From the NCBI RefSeq assembly GCF_040938485.1, contig NW_027271369.1, forward strand, positions 1,302,001 through 1,366,000: a stretch of DNA of 64,000 bases, written 5' to 3'. The position numbers and the translations under genes were made by a program. Below, one piece after another: positions 63,176-64,000 of the stretch (positions are counted from its first letter, which is position 1; every line of letters begins with the position of its first letter). A model generated the notes under the pieces. The model saw only the letters and a program-made list of their open reading frames with translations, was not told the DNA's origin and ran no database searches. This DNA comes from Diadema antillarum. Lineage: Eukaryota.

Positions 63176-63355
63176 ATCCTGTTGATTGAGGTGATGTGCT
63201 TCAAAGAGATCATCAGCATTGGTTATGCCGTCTACCGCACCCAGAACCTACCCTGGTTCCGCACCCTCAGCTGGTATTTCCTCCTCTGTGCCAACTACTT
63301 CGTCTACGGGCAGAGCGTCAAGGATTACTTTGGTATCGTCCTCAGAAGAGAGTTG
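63176..63355 (+). CDS. Cds: Cds exon 4; gene continues past the window end
   Basis: CCATAG| [60 protein letters not shown] |GTAAGG; contains the CDS signature CFxEIIxIGY...[12 protein letters not shown]. Confidence 0.97.
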
Positions 63356-64000
63356 GTAAGGCTGATTTAAAGGTTCCTTATTTGGTAGCAAAGATTTCTT
63401 GGTTTGATAGCCAAAGTACACACATCTATAAAACATTAGTATTCATAATTAGATACACTCACTGTCTTACTTTGAACAGTGATTGCTAATTTCAAATCTC
63501 AACTCACTTCTTAATATGGAATCTGGAGTTGTATATTTGCAGTGTTTTAGAAATATTTTGCTCATATATTATTCTGAAATGATAGTGTCTCTGTCCTCAC
63601 ATACTGCTCACAGAAATGAAATCAAATTTGATCAAAATAAATGGAAACATTGACACGATGGTTTTATCTTACATTCATGTTGAATGAAATCCAGTATATT
63701 GAAATGGCATAGGGTGAAGTCTTTTTGTTCAGACTTCATGTAATGCCTGTGTCAGGACAAGGTCATTAATCAATTGATGAATCATGAAACAGACATGGAA
63801 GCATGCAAGATGCCTGTTCTAGAATGAATTCCCTTGTTCTCAAGGTATTTCTGTCACAATATGACAGGCAGTAGAGACAAATCTGTAATACATGATTGTA
63901 GATGTTGAAGACTGAAAGGCCCGAATTCACGAAGGTAGTACAATCTTTGTCCAAGGTTTAAACCATGGACAAAGACCAGAGTAGTATGGGGCACCGAGTG

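Overview
AT-rich, intron-containing animal DNA with one 263-nt N gap (7725-7987). The repeat families look like those of an invertebrate deuterostome, probably a sea urchin; that assignment is inference. There are two real protein-coding genes, both on +. (1) 20291-40831: a 19-coding-exon gene for an unusual class C (mGluR/CaSR-like) GPCR of about 2,300 aa. It has a signal peptide, FOUR tandem Venus-flytrap (VFT) domains in an A-B-A-B pattern joined by short 3-Cys linkers, no full nine-Cys domain, one divergent 7TM, and a tail with NPxY and PDZ-type motifs. Only VFT3 keeps the canonical amino-acid-binding residues. The ORF track fragments this gene because 33.7-38.6 kb carries at least 13 frameshifts, most restorable by one extra homopolymer base, which points to long-read consensus error rather than pseudogenisation. 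(2) From 45991 past the window end: the first four coding exons of phosphatidate cytidylyltransferase (CDS1/2, CdsA), with a 14.9-kb CpG-depleted first intron. The rest is a decayed Harbinger (HARBI1-like) transposase, many MITEs, Helentron-type HINEs, a SINE, a 9-unit ~170-bp tandem array and microsatellites. All exon boundaries and alignments were derived by hand; no database search was run, so novelty is unverified.
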